From: an uncultured candidatus Porisulfidus sp.
GTDB taxonomy: Bacteria > Pseudomonadota > Gammaproteobacteria > Poriferisulfidales > Oxydemutatoraceae
NCBI GenBank assembly: GCA_965215125.1
Contig: OZ244052.1
Coordinates: forward strand, 2,144,001 to 2,208,000
Direction: 5' to 3'
DNA: 64,000 nt
A program made the translations under genes and the position numbers. This document shows positions 34,012 to 45,040 of this stretch, one piece after another. Below the pieces are notes generated by a model. The model searched no databases. It worked only from the letters and a program-made list of their open reading frames with translations, and had not been told where the DNA came from. How positions within the stretch are numbered: position 1 is the stretch's first letter; each line of letters opens with the position of its first letter.

Positions 34012-34124
34012 CTGTTAATGCAGAAACTTAGCACTGTTGCGTAGGTCTTATGAACTATGGTTCATCCTCATTTAACGGTATGTTAATAAGATTGGCTGGG
34101 GGTTTCGGTTAACTGTAGAGATTT

Positions 34125-34265
34125 TGTAGGGGCAGACTATTCCCCTCCTGTGGAGAGGTGGCAGGCGCAACAGAACCGCCGATTGAGCCAGTAGTTCAAT
34201 CGGCGTGACGTTATGCAGAACTTTAACATGTTTACAAAATGTAAAACCTTTCCATGGGGTGGTTG
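34125..34265 (+). repeat. Dispersed REP/MITE-like repeat, copy 3
   Basis: TGTAGGGGCAGACTATTCCCCTCCTGTGGAGAGGTGGCAGGCGCA...GCCGATTGA-N9-TCAATCGGC...TACAAAATGTAA...GGGGTGGTTG. Confidence 0.85.
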
Positions 34266-34379
34266 CGTCGTATCTGTACAATTTATTCATTCATCCTCGT
34301 TTAATGGTATGCCTCAAGTTGGAAGATATGGCGATATTGAAAAATAGAATCACTGATTTAATTTGTAGGTGCGGCACAC

Positions 34380-35711
34380 ATGTTTGAACAACTTAGTAAT
34401 CAATTCAGTACTATCGTAAATCGCCTTCAAGGCTACAAATATCTGAGTACCGATCATATTGATAATGCTTTGACCGAGATTAAAACAGCGTTGATAGAAG
34501 CCGATGTCGCGTTTTCCGTTGTAGATAAATTTAGCGAGGCAATACGAAGCAAAGTATCAGACATTCGTATCCACAAAGACATAAATCCGGGACAAGCACT
34601 AATACGCCTTATTAAAGACGAGCTTGTCGCTTTAATCACCGATGTCGACATCGAACTAAAACTCAAAGCTAAGCCACCTATAACCCTATTAATGGTGGGT
34701 CTGCAGGGTGTAGGTAAAACAACCACCGCAGTTAAATTGGCGCGCTATTTAGAAAAGCAAAAGAAAATGGTAGCGATGGTCAGTTGTGATATACATCGTC
34801 CGGCTGCGGTTGAGCAACTCAAGGTGCTGTGCCGGCAAACTAAGGCATCGTGTTACCCGACGCCATCGCAACTCCGGCCCGATGAGATCGCAAAGCAAGC
34901 ATACGAGAGAGCCTCCAGAGAATTGTTCGATGTTTTGATCATCGATACCGCCGGGCGGTTGCATGTAGATACCGGAATGATGGACGAGATACATCGTATC
35001 CATGGTTCGGTGCCGACTAACGAGGTTTTACTTGTGGTGGATAGTATGAGTGGGCAAGACGCGGTTAATTCGGCAAAGGCATTTGCCGAACACATACCGC
35101 TAACCGGTATAGTACTAACCAAAGCCGACGGTGATAGTCGCGGTGGTGCTGCGCTATCCGCAAAATTTGTTACCGGCAAACCGATTAAATTGATAGGTAC
35201 CGGAGAAAAATTAGATCAGTTGGAAGTTTTCGATCCTGAGCGCATTGCTTCGCGTATTCTAGGCTTGGGTGAGATAGAAAGCCTGCTAAAAGATATTGAA
35301 CAAAAGACCGACAAAAAAGATGCAAAGAAACTTGCCGCTAAGGTGAAGCGTGCCAAATTCGACTTAAACGATGTAAAAGAGCAAATCGGACAAATAAAAA
35401 ACATGGGTGGTATTTCGGCAATGTTGGATAAACTGCCGGCTGCGATGAAAAAAAATGCAATACCCAAATCGGCAGCACAGGAAACTCAATTAAAAGCCAG
35501 TGTTGCGGTGATCGATTCGATGACACCTTTTGAGCGCGAACACCCCGAGCGTCTCAACGGGTCTCGTAAAAAACGTATTGCGGCAGGATCGGGAACGGCG
35601 ATACAAGATATTAATCGCGTCTTAAAGCAGCACCAACAAATGCAAAAAGCGGCAAAAAAGCTCGGCAAATCTTCCAAACTTCCCAAAATGCCCGACGGCT
35701 TTATGTCCTAG
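34380..35711 (+). CDS. ffh: Signal recognition particle protein
   Basis: ALIEADV, GLQGVGKTT, DTAGRL, DGDSRGGAALS, RIAAGSG. Confidence 0.97.
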   Translation: MFEQLSNQFSTIVNRLQGYKYLSTDHIDNALTEIKTALIEADVAFSVVDKFSEAIRSKVSDIRIHKDINPGQALIRLIKDELVALITDVDIELKLKAKPPITLLMVGLQGVGKTTTAVKLARYLEKQKKMVAMVSCDIHRPAAVEQLKVLCRQTKASCYPTPSQLRPDEIAKQAYERASRELFDVLIIDTAGRLHVDTGMMDEIHRIHGSVPTNEVLLVVDSMSGQDAVNSAKAFAEHIPLTGIVLTKADGDSRGGAALSAKFVTGKPIKLIGTGEKLDQLEVFDPERIASRILGLGEIESLLKDIEQKTDKKDAKKLAAKVKRAKFDLNDVKEQIGQIKNMGGISAMLDKLPAAMKKNAIPKSAAQETQLKASVAVIDSMTPFEREHPERLNGSRKKRIAAGSGTAIQDINRVLKQHQQMQKAAKKLGKSSKLPKMPDGFMS

Positions 35712-36798
35712 CTTCTAGGATAACACCTCCACCTATACATTCGCGCCCGCGATAAAGTACTGCCGATTGCCCTGTTGCAACCGCACGTTGTGGCTGTTCA
35801 AAATGTATGCAAAGATATGATTTATTTTTACCGAAGTGTACTCGGCACTTTTGTAATGCCTGTCGGTGTCGTATTCTACATTCTAAAGATTCATCGTCTT
35901 GTGGCGCATTATTTATCCAATTTACATTGGCGATGTGGATTTCGGATCGGAATAATAAAGGGTGATTTTTATCCTGTACGACGGTCAATGTATTACGATC
36001 GGTATCCTTGGCTATTACATACCATGCACCACCGCTTCCGCCTTTAATGCCACCGATTCCCAACCCTTGTCGTTGACCTATCGTGGCATGCCAGCAGCCT
36101 TTATGGCGACCTAAATTATTGCCGTCTGTATCGAGGATGTCACCCTCTTCGGTAGGCATATAGCGAGCTATAAAACGGGCAAAGTTACGCTCTCCTATAA
36201 AGCAAATACCGGTGCTATCCTTTCTATCGTGACAAGGAAAGTGGTGCTGTTTTGCGATTTTGCGAACTTCGGATTTGTATAGCTTTGCAAGGGGAAATAA
36301 AGTGTAAGCTAGTTGTCCTTGACTTAAAGTATAAAGAAAATAAGTCTGGTCTTTATTTTGATCCTGAGCTTGCAATAAGCGATAATTGTTATTGTCGTGT
36401 TGCACTCCGGCGTAATGCCCCATAGCGATGCGTGTTGCACCGAGTGTGTGTGCATAGTCTATAAATGCTTTAAATTTTATTTCTTTATTACATACTATGT
36501 CCGGGTTGGGTGTGCGTCCGGCGCGATATTCGTCTAGAAAATAGGTGAATACCGAATCCCAATACTCGGAGGCGAAATTGACGGTATGCAAAGGTATATC
36601 TAGGATTTCCGTAATATGTCGTGCTTGTGCTAAATCCTCCGCTGCCGCACAATGTTCATCATCGTCTTCTTCCCAATTTTTCATAAATAACGCCTCCACA
36701 TTCCAACCTTGTTGTTGTAGAAGCAGGGCACTTACCGCCGAGTCTACACCGCCCGATAAGCCAACGATAATCTTTTTAGAATCGAGAAAATTTTTCAT
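35701..36798 (-). CDS. mnmA: tRNA 2-thiouridylase
   Basis: SGGVDS, MKNWEEDD, TPNPDIVCNKEIKF, KDSTGICFIGER. Confidence 0.98.
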   Translation of the reverse strand: MKNFLDSKKIIVGLSGGVDSAVSALLLQQQGWNVEALFMKNWEEDDDEHCAAAEDLAQARHITEILDIPLHTVNFASEYWDSVFTYFLDEYRAGRTPNPDIVCNKEIKFKAFIDYAHTLGATRIAMGHYAGVQHDNNNYRLLQAQDQNKDQTYFLYTLSQGQLAYTLFPLAKLYKSEVRKIAKQHHFPCHDRKDSTGICFIGERNFARFIARYMPTEEGDILDTDGNNLGRHKGCWHATIGQRQGLGIGGIKGGSGGAWYVIAKDTDRNTLTVVQDKNHPLLFRSEIHIANVNWINNAPQDDESLECRIRHRQALQKCRVHFGKNKSYLCIHFEQPQRAVATGQSAVLYRGRECIGGGVILEART

Positions 36799-37032
36799 AT
36801 TGCGTATATTGAGGTCATGCTATACTAATTATGAACTAAATATTGCAGAATCATTTACTTCTTATATATGTCAACCGAAGGTATACACGAAATCTCTACA
36901 TTTACATTGAACTTTATTTTGATGACATGTACGCTTTATAATCGGAAATCTTAGAGTATATTTTATACAGTTGTAGATAGAATTAATTCGACCGATGGAA
37001 CTAGATTTCTTATTGTGATAATAGGAGGGTGA

Positions 37033-37383
37033 ATGGGTTATATAAAATATCCGAAAGCCACTTCGGATGATTTGGTGAAGGAAAAGATAGTTCGCACTAT
37101 TGCAAAAAAGAAACAAAAACTTAAAATTAAACAACCACCTCTTTATAGAGTGATATTACTGAACGATGATTTTACACCGATGGAGTTTGTAGTTTATATA
37201 TTGATTAACTTTTTTAGAATGAATACCGAGAATGCAACGCGCTTGATGCTACAGATTCATACTCAAGGCAAAGGTGTTTGCGGTGTTTATACTAAAGACA
37301 TAGCAGAGACTAAAGTTGCCGATGTTAATAGATATTCCAGAGAGCATAAACATCCTTTATTATGTGTCATGGAGGAAAACTGA
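37033..37383 (+). CDS. clpS: ClpAP adaptor protein
   Basis: YRVILLNDDFTPMEFVV, HPLLC; upstream of clpA. Confidence 0.96.
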   Translation: MGYIKYPKATSDDLVKEKIVRTIAKKKQKLKIKQPPLYRVILLNDDFTPMEFVVYILINFFRMNTENATRLMLQIHTQGKGVCGVYTKDIAETKVADVNRYSREHKHPLLCVMEEN

Positions 37384-39635
37384 TGTTTGACAAAGAAATG
37401 GAAGAGACTCTGGCCAGCGTGTTTGATTTTGCCCGCTCGCACCGCCACGAATACGTGACAACCGAACACTTGCTTTGGGGATTGATTGACAATCCCGATG
37501 CCGCCGAAGTGCTCGAAGCATGCGGTGCCGATTTGGAAGAGTTATCACAAAAGTTAATCGAATATATAGAAAAAACAACACCCAAATTCAATACCAAAGA
37601 CGATAATACGCGTCCTACCTTAGGCTTTCAGCGGACACTACAACGCGCTATTTTTCGCAGTCAGGCAGTGCCTACGGAAGAGAAAATCAAAGGTCGGAAT
37701 ATATTGGCCGCTTTATTCGAGGAACAAGAATCTCAATCGGTTTATTTTCTATCTCACTACGATATAGAAAGATTGGATATCGTCAACTACATAGCACACA
37801 ATATCCGAAAATATGACGATATTTCTGAATACGAATACGCACGCGATACCGAAACTTCACAAAAGAGGCTCTCGTTGGAAGATTATGCCGAGAACTTAAA
37901 CAAAAAGGCACAGGCGGGTAAAATCGATCCGTTGATCGGCCGAGAAACGGAGATCGAAAGGACCGTACAAATACTATGTCGTAAATCCAAGAATAACCCG
38001 CTTTATGTGGGTGAAGCAGGTGTCGGAAAGACTGCGTTGGCAGAAGGATTCGCCTCTAGGATAGTGGCTAATAAAGTGCCCAAGATACTGCAAGACGCAG
38101 TTGTGTTTTCTCTGGATTTGGGTAGCCTGATTGCCGGCACCAAATACCGGGGCGACTTTGAAAAACGCTTAAAGACGGTATTTAAGCAGTTGCAGAAAGA
38201 AAAGCATGCGATACTGTTTATAGACGAAATTCATACCTTGATCGGTACCGGTTCCGCCTCCGGTAGTGTTTTGGATGCTTCCAACTTGATAAAACCGCAA
38301 CTATTGTCCAATCATTTCAAGTGTATAGGTTCTACCACCTATCAGGAATACCGTAATATATTCGAGAAAGATCATGCATTGGCGCGCCGTTTTCAAAAAA
38401 TAGATGTTAAGGAACCTACGACTCAAGAGACATACAAAATACTATTGGGCTTGAAACAAGGCTTCGAGGATTTCCATAAAGTTCGTTATTCTAAGCAAAG
38501 TTTGGATACGGCGAGCAAACTCGCATCGCGCTACATACACGAACGTCGGTTACCCGATAAAGCAATCGACATCGTTGACGAAGCCGGTGCACGAGCGCGG
38601 ATATCGGCAGTTGACGACAAGTACAAATCGGTGCGCTCTAAGGACATAGAAGAGATTATTGCTCAGATTGCGCGCATACCGACTAAAAGTATATCTGCCG
38701 GCGATATGCAAGGATTACAAAACTTGGAGCGCAATCTCAAGATGGTCATTTTCGGTCAGTCCGAAGCCATTGAACAAGTAGTGACATCTATTAAATTATC
38801 TCGTATCGGTATGAAGGAAAAAGATAAGCCCATAGGTGCATTTTTGTTTGCCGGACCTACCGGGGTAGGCAAAACCGAACTCGCCAAACAGCTGGCATTA
38901 AATTTCGACAAGAAGCTATTGCGTTTCGATATGTCCGAATATATGGAAAGGCATACGGTTTCCAGACTCATCGGTGCACCGCCCGGTTATGTCGGTTATG
39001 ATCAAGGCGGATTACTCACCGACGCAGTATTAAAAAATCCTCAAGCAGTCGTACTTTTGGATGAAATGGAGAAAGCACATCCGGATGTCTCGTCCTTACT
39101 GTTGCAAGTGATGGATTACGGTATGTTAACCGATACCAACGGTCGCAAAATAGATTTTAGGAATACCATCATTATTATGACTACCAATGCCGGTGCCGAC
39201 GAAATTATGCAAGGAAATATGGGTTTTACCGAGCGCGATAGAAAACTTGACGGAATGGAGACTATCAACCGTATATTCACTCCCGAATTTCGTAACCGAC
39301 TGAGTGCAGTCGTCCGTTTCAATGCACTGAGTCGAGAGATCGTATTATCGGTTGTAGACAAAGCCTTGACCCAATTCCAAGCACAACTTGAAAGTCATAA
39401 TATCGTGCTTGATGTAGATAAAAAAGTACGCGCATGGCTTGCCGATAACGGATATAACGAAACGATGGGCGCGCGCCCTATACATCGTTTGATAGAGGAT
39501 AAACTTAAAAAGCCTATATCGGATGAAATATTATTCGGAAAGTTAAAAAAAGGTGGGAAATTGTCCTACACACTGAAAGGAAAAGATATACTATTCGGTA
39601 TAGAAGCATTGAAAAAGAAGCCGATCAAATGTTGA
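37383..39635 (+). CDS. clpA: Clp protease ATP-binding subunit ClpA
   Basis: RHEYVTTEHLL, two AAA modules (GEAGVGKT, GPTGVGKTE), RFDMSEYMERH; ATG overlaps clpS stop. Confidence 0.97.
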   Translation: MFDKEMEETLASVFDFARSHRHEYVTTEHLLWGLIDNPDAAEVLEACGADLEELSQKLIEYIEKTTPKFNTKDDNTRPTLGFQRTLQRAIFRSQAVPTEEKIKGRNILAALFEEQESQSVYFLSHYDIERLDIVNYIAHNIRKYDDISEYEYARDTETSQKRLSLEDYAENLNKKAQAGKIDPLIGRETEIERTVQILCRKSKNNPLYVGEAGVGKTALAEGFASRIVANKVPKILQDAVVFSLDLGSLIAGTKYRGDFEKRLKTVFKQLQKEKHAILFIDEIHTLIGTGSASGSVLDASNLIKPQLLSNHFKCIGSTTYQEYRNIFEKDHALARRFQKIDVKEPTTQETYKILLGLKQGFEDFHKVRYSKQSLDTASKLASRYIHERRLPDKAIDIVDEAGARARISAVDDKYKSVRSKDIEEIIAQIARIPTKSISAGDMQGLQNLERNLKMVIFGQSEAIEQVVTSIKLSRIGMKEKDKPIGAFLFAGPTGVGKTELAKQLALNFDKKLLRFDMSEYMERHTVSRLIGAPPGYVGYDQGGLLTDAVLKNPQAVVLLDEMEKAHPDVSSLLLQVMDYGMLTDTNGRKIDFRNTIIIMTTNAGADEIMQGNMGFTERDRKLDGMETINRIFTPEFRNRLSAVVRFNALSREIVLSVVDKALTQFQAQLESHNIVLDVDKKVRAWLADNGYNETMGARPIHRLIEDKLKKPISDEILFGKLKKGGKLSYTLKGKDILFGIEALKKKPIKC

Positions 39636-39640
39636 AAATA

Positions 39641-39859
39641 TTATTTCTCCCTGTATATAATTCTACCGCGTGTTAAGTCGTAAGGTGTCATCTCAACTGT
39701 TACTTTATCGCCGGCTAATATGCGTATATAATGCTTGCGCATACGGCCGGATATGTGAGCGGTAACGATATGTCCGTTTTCAAGTTTGACCCTGAATATG
39801 GTATTCGGCAATACCTCTGTGACGATGCCGTCGATTTCAAAAATTTGTTCTTTGGGCAT
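39641..39859 (-). CDS. infA: Translation initiation factor IF-1
   Basis: [36 protein letters not shown]. Confidence 0.98.
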   Translation of the reverse strand: MPKEQIFEIDGIVTEVLPNTIFRVKLENGHIVTAHISGRMRKHYIRILAGDKVTVEMTPYDLTRGRIIYREK

Positions 39860-39960
39860 AAATGGTAAATTTTAATTCGGTTGCTATAAACACAAATCGT
39901 ATATTATATAGAAAATTATTTTTGCGTAAACCTATATGAAAAAAATTGAGAAGTTAAACA

Positions 39961-40905
39961 ATGTCTGCTGAAACCGCTTTTGTCTTTCCGGGACAGGGTT
40001 CCCAAAGTATCAATATGCTAAAAGAATTAACCTCTAAATATAAAGAGGTACGGACTACCTTTATGGAAGCGTCCGATATATTGTCGTGCAACCTTTATAA
40101 ATTACTTACCAAAGGGACCGCCGAAGAATTAAGTGAGACTACCAATACCCAACCGATTATGCTGACCGCCAGCGTTGCGATATGGCGAATTTGGAAAAAT
40201 TCTACCAATCATATGCCGACTGTGATGGCGGGACACAGTCTGGGCGAATATAGTGCTTTGGTTTGTGGTGACTCTTTATCGTTCAAGTCGGCATTACACT
40301 TGGTTTCAAAGCGAGCCGAATTTATGCAGAACTCTCCGCTCGGTTCTAAAGGTTCTATGGCGGCAATCATAGGTTTGGAAAAGAATGCAATTATTGAATT
40401 GTGCGAGAAAATATCTACCGAACGCGATAGAGTAGAAGCCGTCAATTTTAATGCCCCCCTGCAGACAGTGATCGCCGGAAAAAAGACACAGGTAAATAAA
40501 GTAATGAAAGAAGCCGCAGCCAATGGTGCCAGTAAAAGTACTTTGCTCGCCGTCAAAGTGCCTTCGCATTGTTCGTTAATGAAAGGAGTGGCGGAAAAAT
40601 TTTCCGAAGAACTTAAGAAAGTAAAAATCAAAACACCCAAAGTCCAGATTATCCATAACTGCGATGCCCAATCCCACAACAGTCCTCAGCATATATTGGA
40701 TGCACTGATTAAGCAATTATATATGCCGGTGAGATGGGTGGATACCATACAAAAAATTTCGGCAGGTGGTATAGAACATTATGTAGAGATAGGTCCCGGA
40801 CGAGTGCTGTCGTCTTTAATCAAACGCATAGATAAAAGTTTTACCACTTACAGCGTTAACGATATTAAAAGTCTCAACTACGCACTAGAAAAATTTATGG
40901 CATGA
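39961..40905 (+). CDS. fabD: Malonyl-CoA-ACP transacylase
   Basis: FPGQGSQ, GHSLGEY, PSHCSLM. Confidence 0.97.
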   Translation: MSAETAFVFPGQGSQSINMLKELTSKYKEVRTTFMEASDILSCNLYKLLTKGTAEELSETTNTQPIMLTASVAIWRIWKNSTNHMPTVMAGHSLGEYSALVCGDSLSFKSALHLVSKRAEFMQNSPLGSKGSMAAIIGLEKNAIIELCEKISTERDRVEAVNFNAPLQTVIAGKKTQVNKVMKEAAANGASKSTLLAVKVPSHCSLMKGVAEKFSEELKKVKIKTPKVQIIHNCDAQSHNSPQHILDALIKQLYMPVRWVDTIQKISAGGIEHYVEIGPGRVLSSLIKRIDKSFTTYSVNDIKSLNYALEKFMA

Positions 40906-41645
40906 TGGAACCCTCTAAAACTGTTTTAATTACCGGTGCCTCACGCGGTATAGGTGCTGCTATTTTAGAAAGCCTGATTATGGATAAGCTGGAGATTTAC
41001 GGTACTGCAACCAGCGGCGAAGGTGCCGATGCTATATCGGAGAAACTAAAAAGCAAAGATGCGAGAGGGGCAGGCTTGGTGTTACGAGTAGACAAGCAAG
41101 ACTCGATTGAGCAAACGGCTGTTTATCTTAAAGAACAAGACAAATTACCGGATATCATCGTCAATAATGCCGGTATTACCCGTGATAATCTTTTACTTAG
41201 GATGACATACGAAGATTGGCAAGATGTAATTACCACGAATTTAACCTCGCTTTATAGAATTAGCAAAGCCTTTATCAAGCAGATGATTAAAAAAAGATGG
41301 GGAAGGATAATCAATATCACTTCGGTTATTGCGGCTACCGGAAATGCCGGACAGTCTAATTATGCTGCGGCAAAAGCCGGTGTGCTAGGCTTGACCAAGA
41401 GCTTGGCAAAAGAGTTGGCTCCTCGCAACATCACGGTAAACAATATCGCCCCCGGCTTTGTAGAAACCGATATGACTGCACTGCTCGCCGAAGAACAACG
41501 CAAGATAGTGTTAAAAAATATTCCCCTAGGGCGGTTCGGCACGCCCGGCGAGGTCGGAGCTTTAACTCGTTTTTTAATTTCCGAAAATGCCGGATATATT
41601 ACCGGAGAAACTATTCATATTAACGGCGGCATGTATATGTCCTGA
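40902..41645 (+). CDS. fabG: 3-oxoacyl-ACP reductase
   Basis: TGASRGIG, NNAGITRDNL, YAAAK. Confidence 0.97.
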   Translation: MMEPSKTVLITGASRGIGAAILESLIMDKLEIYGTATSGEGADAISEKLKSKDARGAGLVLRVDKQDSIEQTAVYLKEQDKLPDIIVNNAGITRDNLLLRMTYEDWQDVITTNLTSLYRISKAFIKQMIKKRWGRIINITSVIAATGNAGQSNYAAAKAGVLGLTKSLAKELAPRNITVNNIAPGFVETDMTALLAEEQRKIVLKNIPLGRFGTPGEVGALTRFLISENAGYITGETIHINGGMYMS

Positions 41646-41678
41646 AATTATTTTTTATAAACTTAAAAGGAGAACATA

Positions 41679-41912
41679 ATGGAAGATATAGATTCTAGAG
41701 TCCGAAAAATTGTAGCGGAGCAGCTCAGCGTAACCGAAGATAAGGTGACCGACGATGCCTCTTTCGTCAACGATTTGAATGCAGATTCGCTCGATACCGT
41801 TGAGTTGGTAATGGCACTCGAAGAAGAATTTGAATGTGCCATTCCGGACGAAGAAGCCGAAAAAATCACGACGGTCAAGCAAGCAATAGACTATATCAAA
41901 AATAATTCTTGA
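41679..41912 (+). CDS. acpP: Acyl carrier protein
   Basis: [17 protein letters not shown]. Confidence 0.98.
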   Translation: MEDIDSRVRKIVAEQLSVTEDKVTDDASFVNDLNADSLDTVELVMALEEEFECAIPDEEAEKITTVKQAIDYIKNNS

Positions 41913-41933
41913 TATAGATTCGAGATTGATACC

Positions 41934-43175
41934 TTGAAAGGTAGAAGAACCGTCGTCACCGGACTCGGCATCGTATGCCCCTTGGGGAGTGATATAGAGG
42001 GTGCATGGCAAGCTATTGTGGCAGGGAAGAGCGGTATTTGCATAGTTCCCGAACTTGAAAATACCGATATTTCGGTGCGTATTGCCGGTCTTGTTAAAGG
42101 ATTCAATGCCGACGATTATCTATCTTCCAAAGAGCAAAGACGATGCGACGAATTTATACATTACGGTATCGCTGCCGGCAGTCAAGCGATTGACGATGCC
42201 GGCATCGTTGCCGACGAATCTAAGGCACATCGTATCGGTGTCATGATCGGTTCGGGTATCGGTGGATTACCTTTGATTGAAAAACAGCACGATGTACTAA
42301 AGGATAAAGGTAGTGCTAAATTATCGCCTTTTTTTATTCCCGGCAGTATTATCAATATGGTATCCGGGAACTTATCCATCAAATACGGCTTTAAGGGAAT
42401 CAATTATTCTATAGTTTCCGCTTGTGCGACCGGGACTCACAATATCGGTGAAGCTGCTCGCATTATTGCCGCAGGTGGTGCCGATGTAATGATTGCCGGA
42501 GGTAGTGAGAAAGCGAGTACTGCTTTGGGTATAGGCGGGTTTGCCGCTGCTCGAGCCTTAAGTGCGTCGCATAACGATGCCCCGGAAAAAGCGAGCCGAC
42601 CGTGGGATCTAAACCGCGATGGTTTTGTGTTGGGTGACGGTGCCGGTGTCATCGTGCTAGAGGAGTATCAACATGCGGTGAGTCGCAGTGCGAATATCTA
42701 TTGCGAGCTTGTCGGTTATAGTGCATCGAGTGATGCCTACCATATTACCCAACCTTCACCGCAAGGTGAGGGGGCTAGTCGTTGTATGCGCGATGTCTTG
42801 CAAGACGGTGCACTGAATCCCGAAGATGTCGATTATCTCAATGCACACGGTACTTCTACACCGTTGGGTGATAAAATAGAAAGCGATGCGGTCAAAAGTG
42901 TTTTTAAGGATCACGCGAATAAAATCGCAATCAGTTCGGTTAAATCGATGATCGGTCATCTACTGGGAGCGGCTGGAGGCGTAGAAGCGGTATTTTCGGT
43001 ATTGACACTAAGGGATCAGATACTGCCGCCGACTATCAATATAGAAACACCCGATCCCGAGTGTGATTTAGACTATGTTCCCGGGCAAGCCCGAGAAGCA
43101 CAAGTCAACTGTATATTATCCAATTCTTTCGGTTTCGGTGGAACCAATGCATCACTTGCATTTCGGAAAATCTAA
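41934..43175 (+). CDS. fabF: 3-oxoacyl-ACP synthase II
   Basis: VVTGLG, SACATG, NAHGTST, GHLLGAAG, SNSFGFGGTN. Confidence 0.97.
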   Translation: MKGRRTVVTGLGIVCPLGSDIEGAWQAIVAGKSGICIVPELENTDISVRIAGLVKGFNADDYLSSKEQRRCDEFIHYGIAAGSQAIDDAGIVADESKAHRIGVMIGSGIGGLPLIEKQHDVLKDKGSAKLSPFFIPGSIINMVSGNLSIKYGFKGINYSIVSACATGTHNIGEAARIIAAGGADVMIAGGSEKASTALGIGGFAAARALSASHNDAPEKASRPWDLNRDGFVLGDGAGVIVLEEYQHAVSRSANIYCELVGYSASSDAYHITQPSPQGEGASRCMRDVLQDGALNPEDVDYLNAHGTSTPLGDKIESDAVKSVFKDHANKIAISSVKSMIGHLLGAAGGVEAVFSVLTLRDQILPPTINIETPDPECDLDYVPGQAREAQVNCILSNSFGFGGTNASLAFRKI

Positions 43176-43187
43176 ACATAGCTAATC

Positions 43188-44024
43188 TTGCCGAATATAG
43201 CTTCAGCTTTAGTCAACGGTCAATCTACCGATTATCTATCTATTACGGATAGAGGTCTTGCATACGGCGACGGTGTTTTTGAAACCGTATCGGCCATTGA
43301 CGGAAAACCTTGTTTGTGGCAGAAACATTTGAATAGATTATTGCGAGGATGCAATAGCTTAGGAATTATATTTAAGAATATACCTGAATTAGAAAAAGAA
43401 GTATTTCTACTATCGGAACAAGCAAAGCCTTACGGTGTTATAAAAATTATTATCACGCGAGGTTCCAAGGCATTGGGTTATCGTGTGCAAAACTCCGATA
43501 AACCTTCCCGAATCGTACAATTCCAAGAAAGACAGGCATTTTCAGAAATTTTATACAAAGAAGGGATTGCGGCATGCTTTTGCAAGCAGCGGCTGGCTCA
43601 TAATCCAAGATTGGCTCAAATCAAGCATTTATGCCGATTAGAGCAGGTGATTGCAAGGATGGAATGGCAAGATGAATATCACGAAGGCATTATGTTTGAT
43701 TATCGGAATAACGCAATAGAAGGGACGATGAGTAATCTATTTATCGTAAAAGACTCGGCATTAAAAACACCCTGTTTAGCCAACTGTGGCGTGCAAGGTG
43801 TGATGCGAGAATGGATTATGGAAAAATGCAGCGCACATCACATCACGGTCATAGAGACCGAAATAGACAGACAAGCTATATTAGAAGCAGATGGGTTATT
43901 TTTTTGCAATGCCTTAATACGAGTCTGGCCGGTGCATAGCTTGGAAACCCGCCATTACGACATACAGTTAGTTCATCGATTATTACAACCGTTCATATTT
44001 TCCGAATTAGGTATTGCGTTATGA
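43188..44024 (+). CDS. pabC: Aminodeoxychorismate lyase
   Basis: DRGLAYGDGVFET, IKHLCRLEQV, EGTMSNLF; between fabF and mltG. Confidence 0.92.
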   Translation: MPNIASALVNGQSTDYLSITDRGLAYGDGVFETVSAIDGKPCLWQKHLNRLLRGCNSLGIIFKNIPELEKEVFLLSEQAKPYGVIKIIITRGSKALGYRVQNSDKPSRIVQFQERQAFSEILYKEGIAACFCKQRLAHNPRLAQIKHLCRLEQVIARMEWQDEYHEGIMFDYRNNAIEGTMSNLFIVKDSALKTPCLANCGVQGVMREWIMEKCSAHHITVIETEIDRQAILEADGLFFCNALIRVWPVHSLETRHYDIQLVHRLLQPFIFSELGIAL

Positions 44025-45040
44025 CAGGAAAACGATTTGCGATTATTACATTGATTATCAGTGTGCTTATCGTATCAATTTTGGGTTATGATTTCAGGGA
44101 ACAGATATATCTAAAATCTATAAATATCAAAGATAATCAAAACTTTTCAATACAATTGGGCGACAGTTTCCATGATATCTTACTGGATATGCACGACAAG
44201 CAATTATTAAAACCCCATGATAGCATTGTGCCGTTATCTTGGTATATAAGGTTCTATGCACATATCGGTGGGATGAGATTAGAACAAATACAAGCCGGTG
44301 AATACCTGTTGAAGCCTGATATGAAATTTTATCAATTCCTAGACAAAGCATTCACCGGTGAAGTTGTGCAGAGAAAATTCAGTATTATAGAAGGCTATAC
44401 AATGAAACAGATACTGGATTCAATGAAAGCAACACCTTATATTAATGTGAGTAGTACGGTTTATGCCGATATTAGTCTGGATTTAGGTATCTCGGAATCT
44501 TCACCGGAAGGTTGGATTTTTCCCGATACATATTATTATACTACCGACACCGATTCTATTGATCTACTCAAACGGGGTTATCAAAAAATGCAAACCATAC
44601 TGGAACAATCTTGGCAAGCTAGAGATCCACGACTGCCCTTGACTTCACCGTACCAAGCGTTAATCCTTGCATCCATAGTAGAGAAAGAAACCACTGAAAT
44701 AGAAGAACGTCCTAAAGTAGCAGGGGTTTTTATCAGCCGCCTTAAAAAAAATATGCTGTTGCAGGCAGATCCTACTATAATTTATGGTTTGGGTGATCGT
44801 TTTGACGGTAATCTTCGTTCGCGAGATTTGAAGGAAGACCAACCTTACAATAGCTATACGCGTAAGGGATTGCCTCCGACACCGATTGCTATGCCGAGCC
44901 TTTCTTCTATTACTGCGGTAATGCATCCGGAATATGGCGATTATCTGTATTTTGTCGCCAAAGGCGACGGTAGCCATCATTTTTCCAAAACTTATGCAGA
45001 GCACTTGAAAGCAGTTAGAAAATATCAATTAAAACGATGA
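44021..45040 (+). CDS. mltG: Endolytic transglycosylase
   Basis: EGWIFPDTY, LASIVEKET, LQADPT, GLPPTPI, YLYFVA. Confidence 0.96.
   Translation: MTGKRFAIITLIISVLIVSILGYDFREQIYLKSINIKDNQNFSIQLGDSFHDILLDMHDKQLLKPHDSIVPLSWYIRFYAHIGGMRLEQIQAGEYLLKPDMKFYQFLDKAFTGEVVQRKFSIIEGYTMKQILDSMKATPYINVSSTVYADISLDLGISESSPEGWIFPDTYYYTTDTDSIDLLKRGYQKMQTILEQSWQARDPRLPLTSPYQALILASIVEKETTEIEERPKVAGVFISRLKKNMLLQADPTIIYGLGDRFDGNLRSRDLKEDQPYNSYTRKGLPPTPIAMPSLSSITAVMHPEYGDYLYFVAKGDGSHHFSKTYAEHLKAVRKYQLKR

Noticed and set aside
34072-34387. ORFs 34072-34290 (-) and 34205-34387 (+)
   Set aside because: They overlap repeat copy 3; no independent coding evidence
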